DNA of 32,000 nucleotides from Geopsychrobacteraceae bacterium. Lineage in GTDB: Bacteria > Desulfobacterota > Desulfuromonadia > Desulfuromonadales > Geopsychrobacteraceae. How positions within the stretch are numbered: the stretch's first letter is position 1; every line of letters starts with the position of its first letter. The stretch is taken from NCBI GenBank assembly GCA_963677215.1, contig OY781919.1, positions 2,411,877 to 2,443,876 of the forward strand, written 5' to 3'. Below, one piece after another: positions 8,587-17,678 of the stretch. A model generated the notes under the pieces. It saw nothing but the letters and a program-made list of their open reading frames with translations. It was not told the DNA's origin and made no database searches. The position numbers were made by a program, and so were the translations under genes.

Positions 8587-10715
8587 TTTTGCCCCCGATC
8601 TGTCAGGCGCTGCAGCTGCTTTTCGACCAGTTCCCTTTCGGTCTTGTCGCGACCGCTCTGCAGGGAATGCAGAAGCGGTAGCACGCTGCGTCTGGGATAG
8701 CCACCCAGGGAACGGATGATTTCCAACTGAAAATCTTTTTCCCGGCGGCGGCGGAGCAGTTTCTTCTGCAGCAGTCTGGCGAGGACCGGGATGGTCTGTG
8801 GTTTGCCGATCATGCTTAGGGTCTCAAGGGTTTTTCTGCGGATCTGCAGATCCGGATCGCGATTGTGGTCGATCTGCAGCAGGAGATGCAGTTGGGCCAG
8901 AACCTTGCCGTCATGACTCTGGTCGGCGATTTCAACGGCTGCGGAGATCGATTCCCGGTTTCCACCCGAGAGGTCTTTGAGTAATTGCCGGTTGGCCATC
9001 ATCGGGTCGAAGCGGAAGATGATGCGCAGTGCTTCCTGGCGGACCTTGGGGTGCTCATGTGTTGCGAGGGGGCGGATTTCCCTGATCGGAATGGTTTCCT
9101 TGTCGAGCTTCGAGAGGATCAGCAGTACGTTGCGGACCAGATACCAGCGCTGATCCTTCAAGGTCTGGGTCAGTAGCTGAGCTGCTTTTTTGCCGAGCTC
9201 CTCCAGCAGGCGGACCCAGATCCTGCGTTTGGAGAGTTGCTTTTCTTTCCCGAGGCGGTTGATCAGCAGTTCGGCATAAGGCTCGCCAACCTCGAAGATG
9301 TAGGCACTGATCTCTCCCCCCTTTTCCGCGCCCCAGATTTCGACATGGTCAAGTACGTCGGACATGAAGAGCTCACTGGTCTGCAGGGCCAGGACGGTTT
9401 CATCCAGAAAGCGGGCATTGGCTTTGCCGCTGTAGAGGTATTCGGCCCAGTTGACAAAAATTTCGCGCAGCGTCGTGAAGTCCCCTGTATCCAGGTAGAA
9501 TCTGGCCATTTCGGTCAGGTTATGTTGCAGGCTTTTTTCCGCTTCGGAATCGACACCGTTACTGAGCATGTTGAAGATGATATTGACGCACTGATTTTCA
9601 ATCGCCAGGGTTTTCAGGCTGTTTCTCAGCTTTAGTGCGACATGTTCCGGAAGGGAACTTGTCATCTGCTGGTTGAGGATGTTTTTCAGGGTGGTCTGGT
9701 ACACATCGGGCACAAACTGGCTGTGGCTGTCTTCGAGCAGGAGAATGTCGATCTGCGCATTCAGAACATCGGTGTCGATTTTTTCAATGTCCAGTGCAGC
9801 CGGAGTCGTCAATATATCGTCGTTGTCGGCAAATTCCTCGAGCAGGTCAATAAGTCTGGCCGAGACTGTCTCCTTGTTTTGGGATTGACGATGAATGGCT
9901 GTTTTAAGCAGATGCTGCGGAAACGAATTGAGGAACTGCGAGGTCAGGTCGGGGTGTCCGGACAGGGCATTGAGGATGCTGTCGGTGAATCTTTCCTGGA
10001 TCTGCGGGTGCAGTTGCTCAACGACTTCAGCGACCTGAAGGGGAACCTCTGCTTCTTCCCTCGGTTCAGACGCAAACCTGGAAATCAGATTGCTGATCAG
10101 CGGATCCAGGTTGTCCGTGTGGCATTTTCCCTGGTTGATGGCTCTGGCGATCTCGGCACTTTCGATGGTATCGGAAAGACTATGTTTCTCATTGAGAAGT
10201 TCTGTGATGAAATCGTTCCAGGGGGAATCGCTGGAATCGCCGTCATCGGCCTGAAAGGCTCCAAAGTCGACCAGAACGATCTGAATCTGGTGGATCCCCT
10301 GTTGCTGAAGCTGTTTTGGCAGTTCCTGATTGACTCCTGTTTCGTTGCCTTCTGTGCTGAGGAGCTGATAGAAGCCGAGTACCTCTTTGGCGGAGAGGTT
10401 CCGGAAAAAGCGGATCGAGGCGATTCGGTATGAAGACAGGAATTGGGCGAAGTCGCGGATGGCTCGATTGCCGGCCTCCTGCCACTGCCCTTCAAAAAGA
10501 ATATTGTCGGGTGCGATCCCGAGGTGGATGTCCTGCCCGGACTGACAGGTTTGGGCCAAGGCGCGCAGAACCGCATCACAACTCTGGGTTAGTTGTGGGT
10601 GCCCTGGCGGATACAATTTCAGCTGACGCTGAAAAATATTGAGGTCCTGGATGAATCCGGAAAGCTGGTGGCGATTGTTTGCCGTGGCAGTTTTGGATTC
10701 TCCTGACATTAACAC
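8583..10715 (-). CDS. Large helical/HEAT-like repeat protein, module copy 1 (HEAT1); likely GTG start
   Basis: 710 aa; C-terminal repeats such as 'HEHPKVRQEALRIIFRFDPMMANRQLLKDL', 'DPDLQIRRKTLETLSMIGKPQTIPVLARLLQ', 'EIIRSLGGYPRRSVLPLLHSLQ'; GGAGG upstream of GTG 10715; 4-nt ATGA overlap with HD1. Confidence 0.8.
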   Translation of the reverse strand: MLMSGESKTATANNRHQLSGFIQDLNIFQRQLKLYPPGHPQLTQSCDAVLRALAQTCQSGQDIHLGIAPDNILFEGQWQEAGNRAIRDFAQFLSSYRIASIRFFRNLSAKEVLGFYQLLSTEGNETGVNQELPKQLQQQGIHQIQIVLVDFGAFQADDGDSSDSPWNDFITELLNEKHSLSDTIESAEIARAINQGKCHTDNLDPLISNLISRFASEPREEAEVPLQVAEVVEQLHPQIQERFTDSILNALSGHPDLTSQFLNSFPQHLLKTAIHRQSQNKETVSARLIDLLEEFADNDDILTTPAALDIEKIDTDVLNAQIDILLLEDSHSQFVPDVYQTTLKNILNQQMTSSLPEHVALKLRNSLKTLAIENQCVNIIFNMLSNGVDSEAEKSLQHNLTEMARFYLDTGDFTTLREIFVNWAEYLYSGKANARFLDETVLALQTSELFMSDVLDHVEIWGAEKGGEISAYIFEVGEPYAELLINRLGKEKQLSKRRIWVRLLEELGKKAAQLLTQTLKDQRWYLVRNVLLILSKLDKETIPIREIRPLATHEHPKVRQEALRIIFRFDPMMANRQLLKDLSGGNRESISAAVEIADQSHDGKVLAQLHLLLQIDHNRDPDLQIRRKTLETLSMIGKPQTIPVLARLLQKKLLRRRREKDFQLEIIRSLGGYPRRSVLPLLHSLQSGRDKTERELVEKQLQRLTDRGQK

Positions 10716-10814
10716 CCTGGTTCCTCCCCCCGTATACTGTTTTATTCAATAAATCCTAATTTTATGAGAATAGACCCTTTTGCAGTTTTTTAGAAGAGGT
10801 TCATTGATGTGTTG

Positions 10815-11951
10815 TTAAGTTTTTGCCATGTCCCGATCGAGCTCGCTGATCGTTCCCAGAAAATTGTAGGTCAACTGCGGATGCAGTTTGTTGCCCGCAA
10901 GGTTGAGCATGATCGAAATGATCTGGTTCAGGTCCAGGGACTCTTCGTAGGCACGATGGGTGCGCATGGCGTCATAGGTATCTGATATGGCCGTCAGGTA
11001 GGAACTCAAGTGCTGCAGCCATGGCCTTGAGGTCTGCGGGTAGCCGGCATTATCAAACCGCATATGATGTTCATAGGCGGTAATCACGGCAAGTCTGGGT
11101 ATCCCCGGGCAGCCAGTCAGATATTCGGCGCCGAGACGCGGGTGTTGCTGCATGATCTCCCATTCGGCCCCAGTCAGGGCTTCGTTTTTGGTCAGGATCT
11201 CCGGCGGAATGAACATTTTTCCAACATCGTGCAGCATTGCCGCGATACCGATGTCGTTGAGCAGTTGTCCTTCTATGCCGAGCATTCTGGCCTGGGCGAG
11301 GTTGAGCATGCAGATGTTGGTTGAGTGGGTGTAAGTATACTCGTCCATGCTGCGCAACGGCGCAATCGCCATCAGGACATCGTTCTGTGAATCGAAGGCA
11401 TTGATGAAACCGGAAACGATCTCGGAGACACCAGCGATATTCAGGGGTTTGTTCTTTCTGATCGTCTGGTAGAGGTCCATGATGCTGTCGGCTTCAGACT
11501 CGGCAATCCAGGTCAGTGGGGATACTGCCGGGCCTGATTCTTCGCCCTTGAGACGGACCTCAATCTTGCCATAGCGGATGTGCTCGGTATTGGTTGGTTG
11601 GTGCGTAGAGTTCTGGATTTTGCTGAGCAGTAGGGCAAGGCCAAGCAGTTCGTCGGCATAGATGCCATCCAGGATCTGCAGGTGTGAGACTCCGCTGCGA
11701 TTCAGGGCGCTGACAAGACGTTTGACGGCATTGCTCTGCTCGACGGGCTGATTGTCAAAAATCAGCCGGCTATCGATAACTTTCAGGACGATTTCATTAT
11801 GTTTTTTGAGCAGCTCATGGGCGATCTGCAATGCTTGGTTATTGAGGCGCAGCACCTGCCGATGGTTGGCGTGATAGAGGGATGCATTGGCGGATGCCGT
11901 GGTCAACAGGCGTAAAAAGGTCTGAAGTTGTTCCTGTCTTGAGCCGCTCAT
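10815..11951 (-). CDS. HD-GYP-like phosphohydrolase, module copy 2 (HD2), paralog of 7438-8586
   Basis: YTYTHSTNICMLNLAQARMLGIEG, AAMLHDVGKMFIPPEILTK, QHPRLGAEYL, AYEHHMRFDNAGYP, AISDTYDAMRTHRAYEES; collinear with HD1 along its whole length. Confidence 0.85.
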   Translation of the reverse strand: MSGSRQEQLQTFLRLLTTASANASLYHANHRQVLRLNNQALQIAHELLKKHNEIVLKVIDSRLIFDNQPVEQSNAVKRLVSALNRSGVSHLQILDGIYADELLGLALLLSKIQNSTHQPTNTEHIRYGKIEVRLKGEESGPAVSPLTWIAESEADSIMDLYQTIRKNKPLNIAGVSEIVSGFINAFDSQNDVLMAIAPLRSMDEYTYTHSTNICMLNLAQARMLGIEGQLLNDIGIAAMLHDVGKMFIPPEILTKNEALTGAEWEIMQQHPRLGAEYLTGCPGIPRLAVITAYEHHMRFDNAGYPQTSRPWLQHLSSYLTAISDTYDAMRTHRAYEESLDLNQIISIMLNLAGNKLHPQLTYNFLGTISELDRDMAKT

Positions 11952-14095
11952 AGGTTTGTTCTCCGTTTTTCCTGCACCTCTTTGGCGGCGTTTTTGTAAG
12001 GCCCTTTGGCCATTTCATCAAGCAGTTTGTCGGCTCCTGAGCCGGGAAATGTCAGCAGCGCATTGAGGATCTGCTGCTGCAGGGACTTCAGGTGGCGGGA
12101 CTTGAAAAGTTTCGGTCCGCTCAGCAACAGCCGGCGGAAGATGGTCAGCGATTCCGGCCGTCCACAGCGGGAGAGGGCTGCGATCACGGCTTCGACGTAA
12201 TGCAACTGCTCGGCGGTTTCGATACTCATCTCCAGCTGCCTGTGCAGCTGACTGAAGACGCCCGAATCCTGACTCAAGTGCACCAGCCCAAGAGCCGCGT
12301 TTCGCGCACTGAGATCGGCGTTCTGCAGTTCCGTGATCAGCAACCGGTTGGCTGTCGCCGGATTGCAGCGGAACAGGTTGCGGATGACCTCGGCCCTGAC
12401 TCTCTGATCGGGATGGTCTGCGTACTTCAGGTTGGCCTTGATGCTCGCCGGGGTCTGCTCTTCGCCTAAGACAATCAGCAGATTGCGTAGCAGATACCAG
12501 GGTTCAGGCCTGAGGGCCTGGAGGACCTTCTGCTGAACGTCCCCGTCAATCTTTCTGAGCAGGCCCATCCAGAGCATGCGTTCCTTCTGTTCTGTCGCGT
12601 TGGAAAGACGGTCGATGATCGGGTCGCAGTATGGTTCGCCGACGAACAGAATATAGTTGCTGATCTGCTCCCATTTCTGCTCTTCCCAGAGCTCAAAACT
12701 GTCGAGAATGTCGTTCATGAAACTGGACTGGGTGTGACCGGCAATCAACTGCTCATCGAGAATGCTGGTCTGGGCATGGTTGCTGTACAGGTAGTTGTAC
12801 CAGTTCCTGAAGACCGCCCGCAGGCTGATGAAATCACCGGTATCGGCAAAGAAACGGGAGAGCTCCATGAGGCTCTGCTGGATGTGAGATTCCTGCTCCT
12901 TGTCCAGCGGAGAGAGCAGCAGCTCGAAAATGACTGCCGCGAAATGGTGTTCGATCGACTGCTCCTCCATGTCCTGCTTCAGTTGCAGCTTTTCCGCTTC
13001 TGACATGTGGCCATGGAGGTCGCCGGCAAGCATGGTGTTGAGGGCCTGCTGGTAGCTGTCGGGAAGAAAGAGATCCTCCTGTTCTTCGCTGAACAGGGTC
13101 TCCAGCCGGGCTTTGACGACGCTTGATTCCATGCGTGGTGAGTTGAGGCGGATCTTGTTTTTCTGGTCAGTATCCGAGGCGGCCAGAACCTCGACCAGCC
13201 CTAGCAGACGCTGGGAGATCTGCAGCTGTGAACCCTGATTCGAGGCAAAGCTGTCGTGCAGTAGCCGGGGGGAAATCTTTTTCAGTGCGTTCTCTGCCTG
13301 GTCCTGATGACGGTCGATCACCTTGAGGGTGCTTTCCAGGAATGCCTGCCGGGCCCCGGGCTCAAGCTTGAGCAACAGCTCATTGAAGACCTGATCCGCT
13401 TCCGATTCCGGAGTGGTGATCAGCCGTTTTTCAACATAGTTGGACAGGGATTGCCGGCACTGCTCACGATCATCGCGGGTCCCTTTGAACCTGCTGTTGA
13501 TGATTTCGGCAATGACTGACAGGTTGCTGGAAATTTCCGAGAATCCCAGGTCGAGGATTCCCTGCTGCATGCCATAGATGAAATTTTCCCAGAGCAGTTG
13601 CTCTTCTTTCGCGTCGCCTCTTCCGACCTGAAACGCATTGTAGTCGATGGTGATGATCTGGATATGACGAATCTGGTGCTGTTCGAGCAGTTGGGCAAAA
13701 CCGCCGGAATTTTCAATGCTGATCCGGTCCGAACAGAGCAGCTTGCAGAAACAGAGCAGCTCTGCTTCTGTCAGCCCTTTTGCGAAATTGATGGTTGCAA
13801 TGCCAAGCTCGGCAAAGAAAGCGGCGAAGTCCCTGTTGGCGGGGTCGTTTTTGTCAAGCCAGGTCTGCTCAAAGAGGATTCCGGACGGGGATATGCCCAG
13901 GGTGAGTAGAGGAAAGTTCTCCATAATCAGCGCGAGTAGCGACATGGCTTTTTCGATGCTGGCCGTGATCTGGGGGTGCTCATCCGGATAGAGGGCCAGG
14001 TTGCGCTGTGCTGTTTTCAGTTCCTGCAGAAAAACAGTCAGCAGAGGACGATCCTGTCTCCTGGTGTCAGTGCTTGATATGGCGTTCCGGTTCAA
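11948..14095 (-). CDS. Large helical/HEAT-like repeat protein, module copy 2 (HEAT2); likely TTG start
   Basis: 715 aa, collinear with the 8583-10715 protein (e.g. 'YADHPDQRVRAEVIRNLFRCNPATANRLLITEL'); GAGG 6 nt before TTG 14095; 4-nt ATGA overlap with HD2. Confidence 0.78.
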   Translation of the reverse strand: MNRNAISSTDTRRQDRPLLTVFLQELKTAQRNLALYPDEHPQITASIEKAMSLLALIMENFPLLTLGISPSGILFEQTWLDKNDPANRDFAAFFAELGIATINFAKGLTEAELLCFCKLLCSDRISIENSGGFAQLLEQHQIRHIQIITIDYNAFQVGRGDAKEEQLLWENFIYGMQQGILDLGFSEISSNLSVIAEIINSRFKGTRDDREQCRQSLSNYVEKRLITTPESEADQVFNELLLKLEPGARQAFLESTLKVIDRHQDQAENALKKISPRLLHDSFASNQGSQLQISQRLLGLVEVLAASDTDQKNKIRLNSPRMESSVVKARLETLFSEEQEDLFLPDSYQQALNTMLAGDLHGHMSEAEKLQLKQDMEEQSIEHHFAAVIFELLLSPLDKEQESHIQQSLMELSRFFADTGDFISLRAVFRNWYNYLYSNHAQTSILDEQLIAGHTQSSFMNDILDSFELWEEQKWEQISNYILFVGEPYCDPIIDRLSNATEQKERMLWMGLLRKIDGDVQQKVLQALRPEPWYLLRNLLIVLGEEQTPASIKANLKYADHPDQRVRAEVIRNLFRCNPATANRLLITELQNADLSARNAALGLVHLSQDSGVFSQLHRQLEMSIETAEQLHYVEAVIAALSRCGRPESLTIFRRLLLSGPKLFKSRHLKSLQQQILNALLTFPGSGADKLLDEMAKGPYKNAAKEVQEKRRTNL

Positions 14096-14135
14096 GAAAT
14101 ACCTCTGTAAAAATAATTATTTCAATCAGATTGAC

Positions 14136-14165
14136 AGTATAACATTTATTTTTTTCAGGGTTAAA
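14136..14165 (-). promoter_or_regulatory. Possible sigma70-like promoter for the HEAT/HD operon
   Basis: Minus-strand TATACT (14141-14136) with TTTAAC (14165-14160) at 18-bp spacing, upstream of the start at 14095; weak -35. Confidence 0.25.
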
Positions 14166-14257
14166 CAAGAAAGGCATTTGTCAGGACTATTGCATTTCTG
14201 CGCCATTGCGTGCTAGATTTCCGCCGATATGGACACTCATTATTTAATGAATGGCTT

Positions 14258-15223
14258 ATGAGCCCGCAGACGCATTTTGATGTTGGTGATGCGGACCTGG
14301 CCCAGCAGCTTTTTGGCCGGCAGAATAAGCATCTAAAACAGATAGAAAAGAAACTCGGCATTCGGGTCGGCAGCCAGGGGACGGTTATCCACCTCTCCGG
14401 CGATGAGGCTCAGGTCGGGGTTGCCAGGCGCCTGCTTGAAGAGCTGTGCACCCTGCTTCGCGAGGGGATGCCGCTCTACCCGGCTGATGTCGATTACGCC
14501 ATTCGCATCCTCTCTGCGGATTCTTCCGCGTCTCTGAAAGATATCTTCTTTGATACTGTCTTCGTTTCGGCCCGCAACAAGATGATTGCGCCGAAAAGCA
14601 TCGCCCAGAAGAGTTATGTTGACAATATTCGTGAAAACCATGTTGTCTTCGGTGTCGGCCCGGCCGGAACCGGCAAGACTTATCTGGCCATGGCGATGGG
14701 CGTGGCCTCCCTGCTGCGTAAGGAAGTCAGCCGGATCATGCTTGTCCGACCTGCTGTCGAAGCCGGGGAAAAGCTCGGTTTTTTGCCTGGCGATCTGGCC
14801 GAGAAGGTCAATCCGTACCTGCGTCCACTCTACGATGCCCTTTATGACATGCTCGATTTTGACAAGGCCAGGGAGTTGGTTGAAACCGGTATTGTCGAAG
14901 TAGCCCCTCTGGCCTTCATGCGCGGCCGGACCCTGAATGACGCTTTTGTCATTCTTGACGAAGCGCAAAATACCACCGCAGAACAGATGAAGATGTTTCT
15001 CACCCGCCTCGGTTTTGGTAGCCGGGCCGTCATTACCGGGGATGTGACCCAGGTCGATCTGCCCCGGGGGCAGCAATCGGGGCTGCTGCATGCGATGGAA
15101 GTGCTGGTCGGTGTGCGCGGGATTGAGTTTACCTATTTCAGCGATCGGGATGTCGTTCGTCATCCGATTGTGCAAGCGATTGTTCAGGCCTACCAGAGAG
15201 CTGAAAAGCACGAAGACTCCTGA
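14258..15223 (+). CDS. phoH: PhoH family ATPase (YbeZ-like)
   Basis: 'VVFGVGPAGTGKTYLAMAMGVASLL', 'AFVILDEAQNTTAEQMKMFLTRLGFGSRAVITGDVTQVDLPRGQQSGL'; ORF opens at 14210 but ATG 14258 (MSPQTHFDVGDADLAQQLFG) fits better. Confidence 0.93.
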   Translation: MSPQTHFDVGDADLAQQLFGRQNKHLKQIEKKLGIRVGSQGTVIHLSGDEAQVGVARRLLEELCTLLREGMPLYPADVDYAIRILSADSSASLKDIFFDTVFVSARNKMIAPKSIAQKSYVDNIRENHVVFGVGPAGTGKTYLAMAMGVASLLRKEVSRIMLVRPAVEAGEKLGFLPGDLAEKVNPYLRPLYDALYDMLDFDKARELVETGIVEVAPLAFMRGRTLNDAFVILDEAQNTTAEQMKMFLTRLGFGSRAVITGDVTQVDLPRGQQSGLLHAMEVLVGVRGIEFTYFSDRDVVRHPIVQAIVQAYQRAEKHEDS

Positions 15224-15266
15224 TGCGAGCTCTGGTGGAGGGCGGCCTTCATCTTTTTGAGGACAT

Positions 15267-17678
15267 ATGACGAAAGACGAGAAACAGAAAGCCCTGCAGA
15301 GGCGAAGCGCCTTTTTCAGCGATGGTGTTCAGGGTTTGCGGAACCGCAAGGGGGCCAACCTTGGAGGCTGGCTGCTGCTGATCGTTGCCGTGCTGTTGAC
15401 CTTTATCATCATACCGAAGGGTGGGCTGATTCCGGATTACTATGCTCCCGGCGATGTCGCTTCCCGCAATATCAAATCGCCCCGCGATCTGCTGGTCGAA
15501 GACCTGCCTTTGACAGAAGCCAAGCAGCTTGAGGCTGCCAACGCGGTTGCTCTGGTCTATCAGTTTGATGTGGCTGGTGGGAGTCAGGCTGTTGAACGGC
15601 TGGACCGGGGGCTGCGCGGCCTGTTGAATTATCAGCTCAGCAGCAGGGCCCTAAATGGACAGGATGTTCTTCCCCAGCTGGAGACCGACCTTGGCATCCC
15701 GCTGACCAGTGAAGAGTTTTTGCCTTTGCTGAAGCTGCCCCTGACAATCGAGCTGATCGACCAGATCAGGTTAGCTTTAGAGACTGTTTTTCACCGGCCG
15801 ATCGTTGCCAATCAGCAGATCTATCAGAGCGACCAGGACAAGGGACTGGTGGTTCTCGATTGGGCGAGTGGAGAGCCGCTTGAGTTGAAGATTGGTGATC
15901 GGGTGATTGGTCTCACCCAGGCTCTGAGCGAAGTTCAGACACAATTGGGGCAGCTCATGGGGCTTGCGGAGGGGCAGCGCCAGGTTCTGGCGCGCCTCGT
16001 TCAGCAACTGCTGCGGCCCAGCCTGATCTACGATCAGGATGAAACCGAAGCACGACGCCAGTTGGCCCGCGAGCAGGTCGCGCCTGTTCTGTTTCAGATC
16101 AAGAAGGGGGAGATGATCGTCCGCGAAGGGGAACGTATCTCCGCCGATCAGATCCTCAAGCTCAAGGCTATTCGTAATTCCGGACTCGACAACCGTAACC
16201 TGCAGACGGCCGCGGGGCTGTTGATCTGCATCCTGCTGCTGATCTATGTCGGCTATCATTTTGCCAACGGCAACATCAGTAAGTTTCGTCCAGATCAGCG
16301 TGACCTGCTGTTTCTGTCGAGCGTTTTTCTGGTCTATTTCGTTCTGGTCAAGGTCTCGATCCTGATTGTTTCCGCTATCGGCAACAGTTTTACCTACATC
16401 GATTCAACAGCTTACCTCTATGCGGTCCCTTTCGCGCTGGGTGCCATGCTGGTGCGGATCGTTCTCAATTCCGAGACCGCGTTCATCTTTTCCGTCGGCT
16501 GTGCCGTGCTGGTCGGTATTATCATGGGCAATAGCCTGCTGATGGCTCTGTTTGTCCTGATCGGCAGTCTGGTCGGGGCGCACGGAGTCCGGCACTGTCA
16601 GCAGAGGACCAGGCTTTATCGGGCCGGGCTGTGGATCGGCCTGACCAACGCCGCTTTGCTGCTGGGCATGCATTTTCTGTCGGGACGGGTTTTCGAGCTG
16701 CAACTGCTGTGGAAGCTTGGTCTCGGGTTTTTCGGTGGTATCGCCAGTGCCGTTTTTGTCAACGGCACGGTCCCGCTGGTCGAATCCTTCTTCAAGTACA
16801 CGACCGATATCAAGCTGCTTGAACTGGCCAACATGAACTCACCGGTATTGCGCCAGCTGATGATCGAGGCTCCCGGCACCTATCATCATTCGATCCTGGT
16901 CGGCAATTTGGCCGAGGCCGGGGCCGAAGCGATACGGGCCAATCCGTTGCTGGCTCGGGTCGCAGCCTATTATCATGATATCGGCAAGATCAAGAAACCG
17001 CTCTATTTTATCGAGAACTCTGGCGGTCAGCGAAACAAGCATGACAAACTGGCGCCGTCGATGAGTGCCCTGATCCTCACCTCACACGTCAAGGACGGAG
17101 TGGAACTGGCCCGCGAGCACAAGCTGGGATCGGAGCTGATGGAAATCATCCAGCAGCATCACGGCACCTCGCTGATCAAATTTTTTTATGACCGCGCCAA
17201 GAACCTGTCCGACCCGGAGGTCCATCAGGTTGATGAGCGTGATTACCGCTATCACGGGCCGAAACCTCAGACTCGGGAAGCGGCGCTGATTATGCTGGCC
17301 GATGCGATCGAGGCCGCCAGCCGGACACTGACCGATCCGACCCCGGCACGGATTCAGGGGATGGTGCAGAAGCTGATCAACAATATCTTTATTGATGGCC
17401 AGCTCGATGAGTGTGATCTTACCCTGAAGGACCTGAATCTGATCGCCAGGAGCTTCAATCGTGTGCTGTCGAGTTCATTCCATCATCGCGTCGATTACCC
17501 CGAACCCGTACATATCGTCAAGGACAAGGCCGAGCCTGAGGACAAGGTGGCCGTCAAAGAGAAAGTGAAACAGAAGAATGCGAATTCAGATCGACAACCG
17601 GCAGAACAAACAACGGATTCTGAAGCGTCCCCTGCGCAAGATAGCCCAGAAGATCTTAGACGTCTCGGGATATCCTAA
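15267..17678 (+). CDS. pgpH: 7TM-HD family phosphohydrolase, PgpH/YqfF-like
   Basis: 803 aa; N-terminal extracytoplasmic region, multi-TM block, HD domain 'GTYHHSILVGNLAEAGAEAIRANPLLARVAAYYHDIGKIKKPLYFIEN ... IIQQHHGTSLIKFF ... ALIMLADAIEAASRTL'. Confidence 0.9.
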   Translation: MTKDEKQKALQRRSAFFSDGVQGLRNRKGANLGGWLLLIVAVLLTFIIIPKGGLIPDYYAPGDVASRNIKSPRDLLVEDLPLTEAKQLEAANAVALVYQFDVAGGSQAVERLDRGLRGLLNYQLSSRALNGQDVLPQLETDLGIPLTSEEFLPLLKLPLTIELIDQIRLALETVFHRPIVANQQIYQSDQDKGLVVLDWASGEPLELKIGDRVIGLTQALSEVQTQLGQLMGLAEGQRQVLARLVQQLLRPSLIYDQDETEARRQLAREQVAPVLFQIKKGEMIVREGERISADQILKLKAIRNSGLDNRNLQTAAGLLICILLLIYVGYHFANGNISKFRPDQRDLLFLSSVFLVYFVLVKVSILIVSAIGNSFTYIDSTAYLYAVPFALGAMLVRIVLNSETAFIFSVGCAVLVGIIMGNSLLMALFVLIGSLVGAHGVRHCQQRTRLYRAGLWIGLTNAALLLGMHFLSGRVFELQLLWKLGLGFFGGIASAVFVNGTVPLVESFFKYTTDIKLLELANMNSPVLRQLMIEAPGTYHHSILVGNLAEAGAEAIRANPLLARVAAYYHDIGKIKKPLYFIENSGGQRNKHDKLAPSMSALILTSHVKDGVELAREHKLGSELMEIIQQHHGTSLIKFFYDRAKNLSDPEVHQVDERDYRYHGPKPQTREAALIMLADAIEAASRTLTDPTPARIQGMVQKLINNIFIDGQLDECDLTLKDLNLIARSFNRVLSSSFHHRVDYPEPVHIVKDKAEPEDKVAVKEKVKQKNANSDRQPAEQTTDSEASPAQDSPEDLRRLGIS

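Noticed and set aside
9642-10433. 263-aa plus-strand ORF inside the HEAT1 gene (and similar plus ORFs at 7363, 8083, 9237, 14161-region)
   Set aside because: Antisense to long coherent ORFs in the paralogous module; no recognisable motifs.
14172-14197. Sigma-54-like element (minus strand TGGCGCAGAAATGCAA) upstream of the HEAT/HD operon
   Set aside because: GG-to-GC spacing is one nucleotide short of the canonical arrangement.
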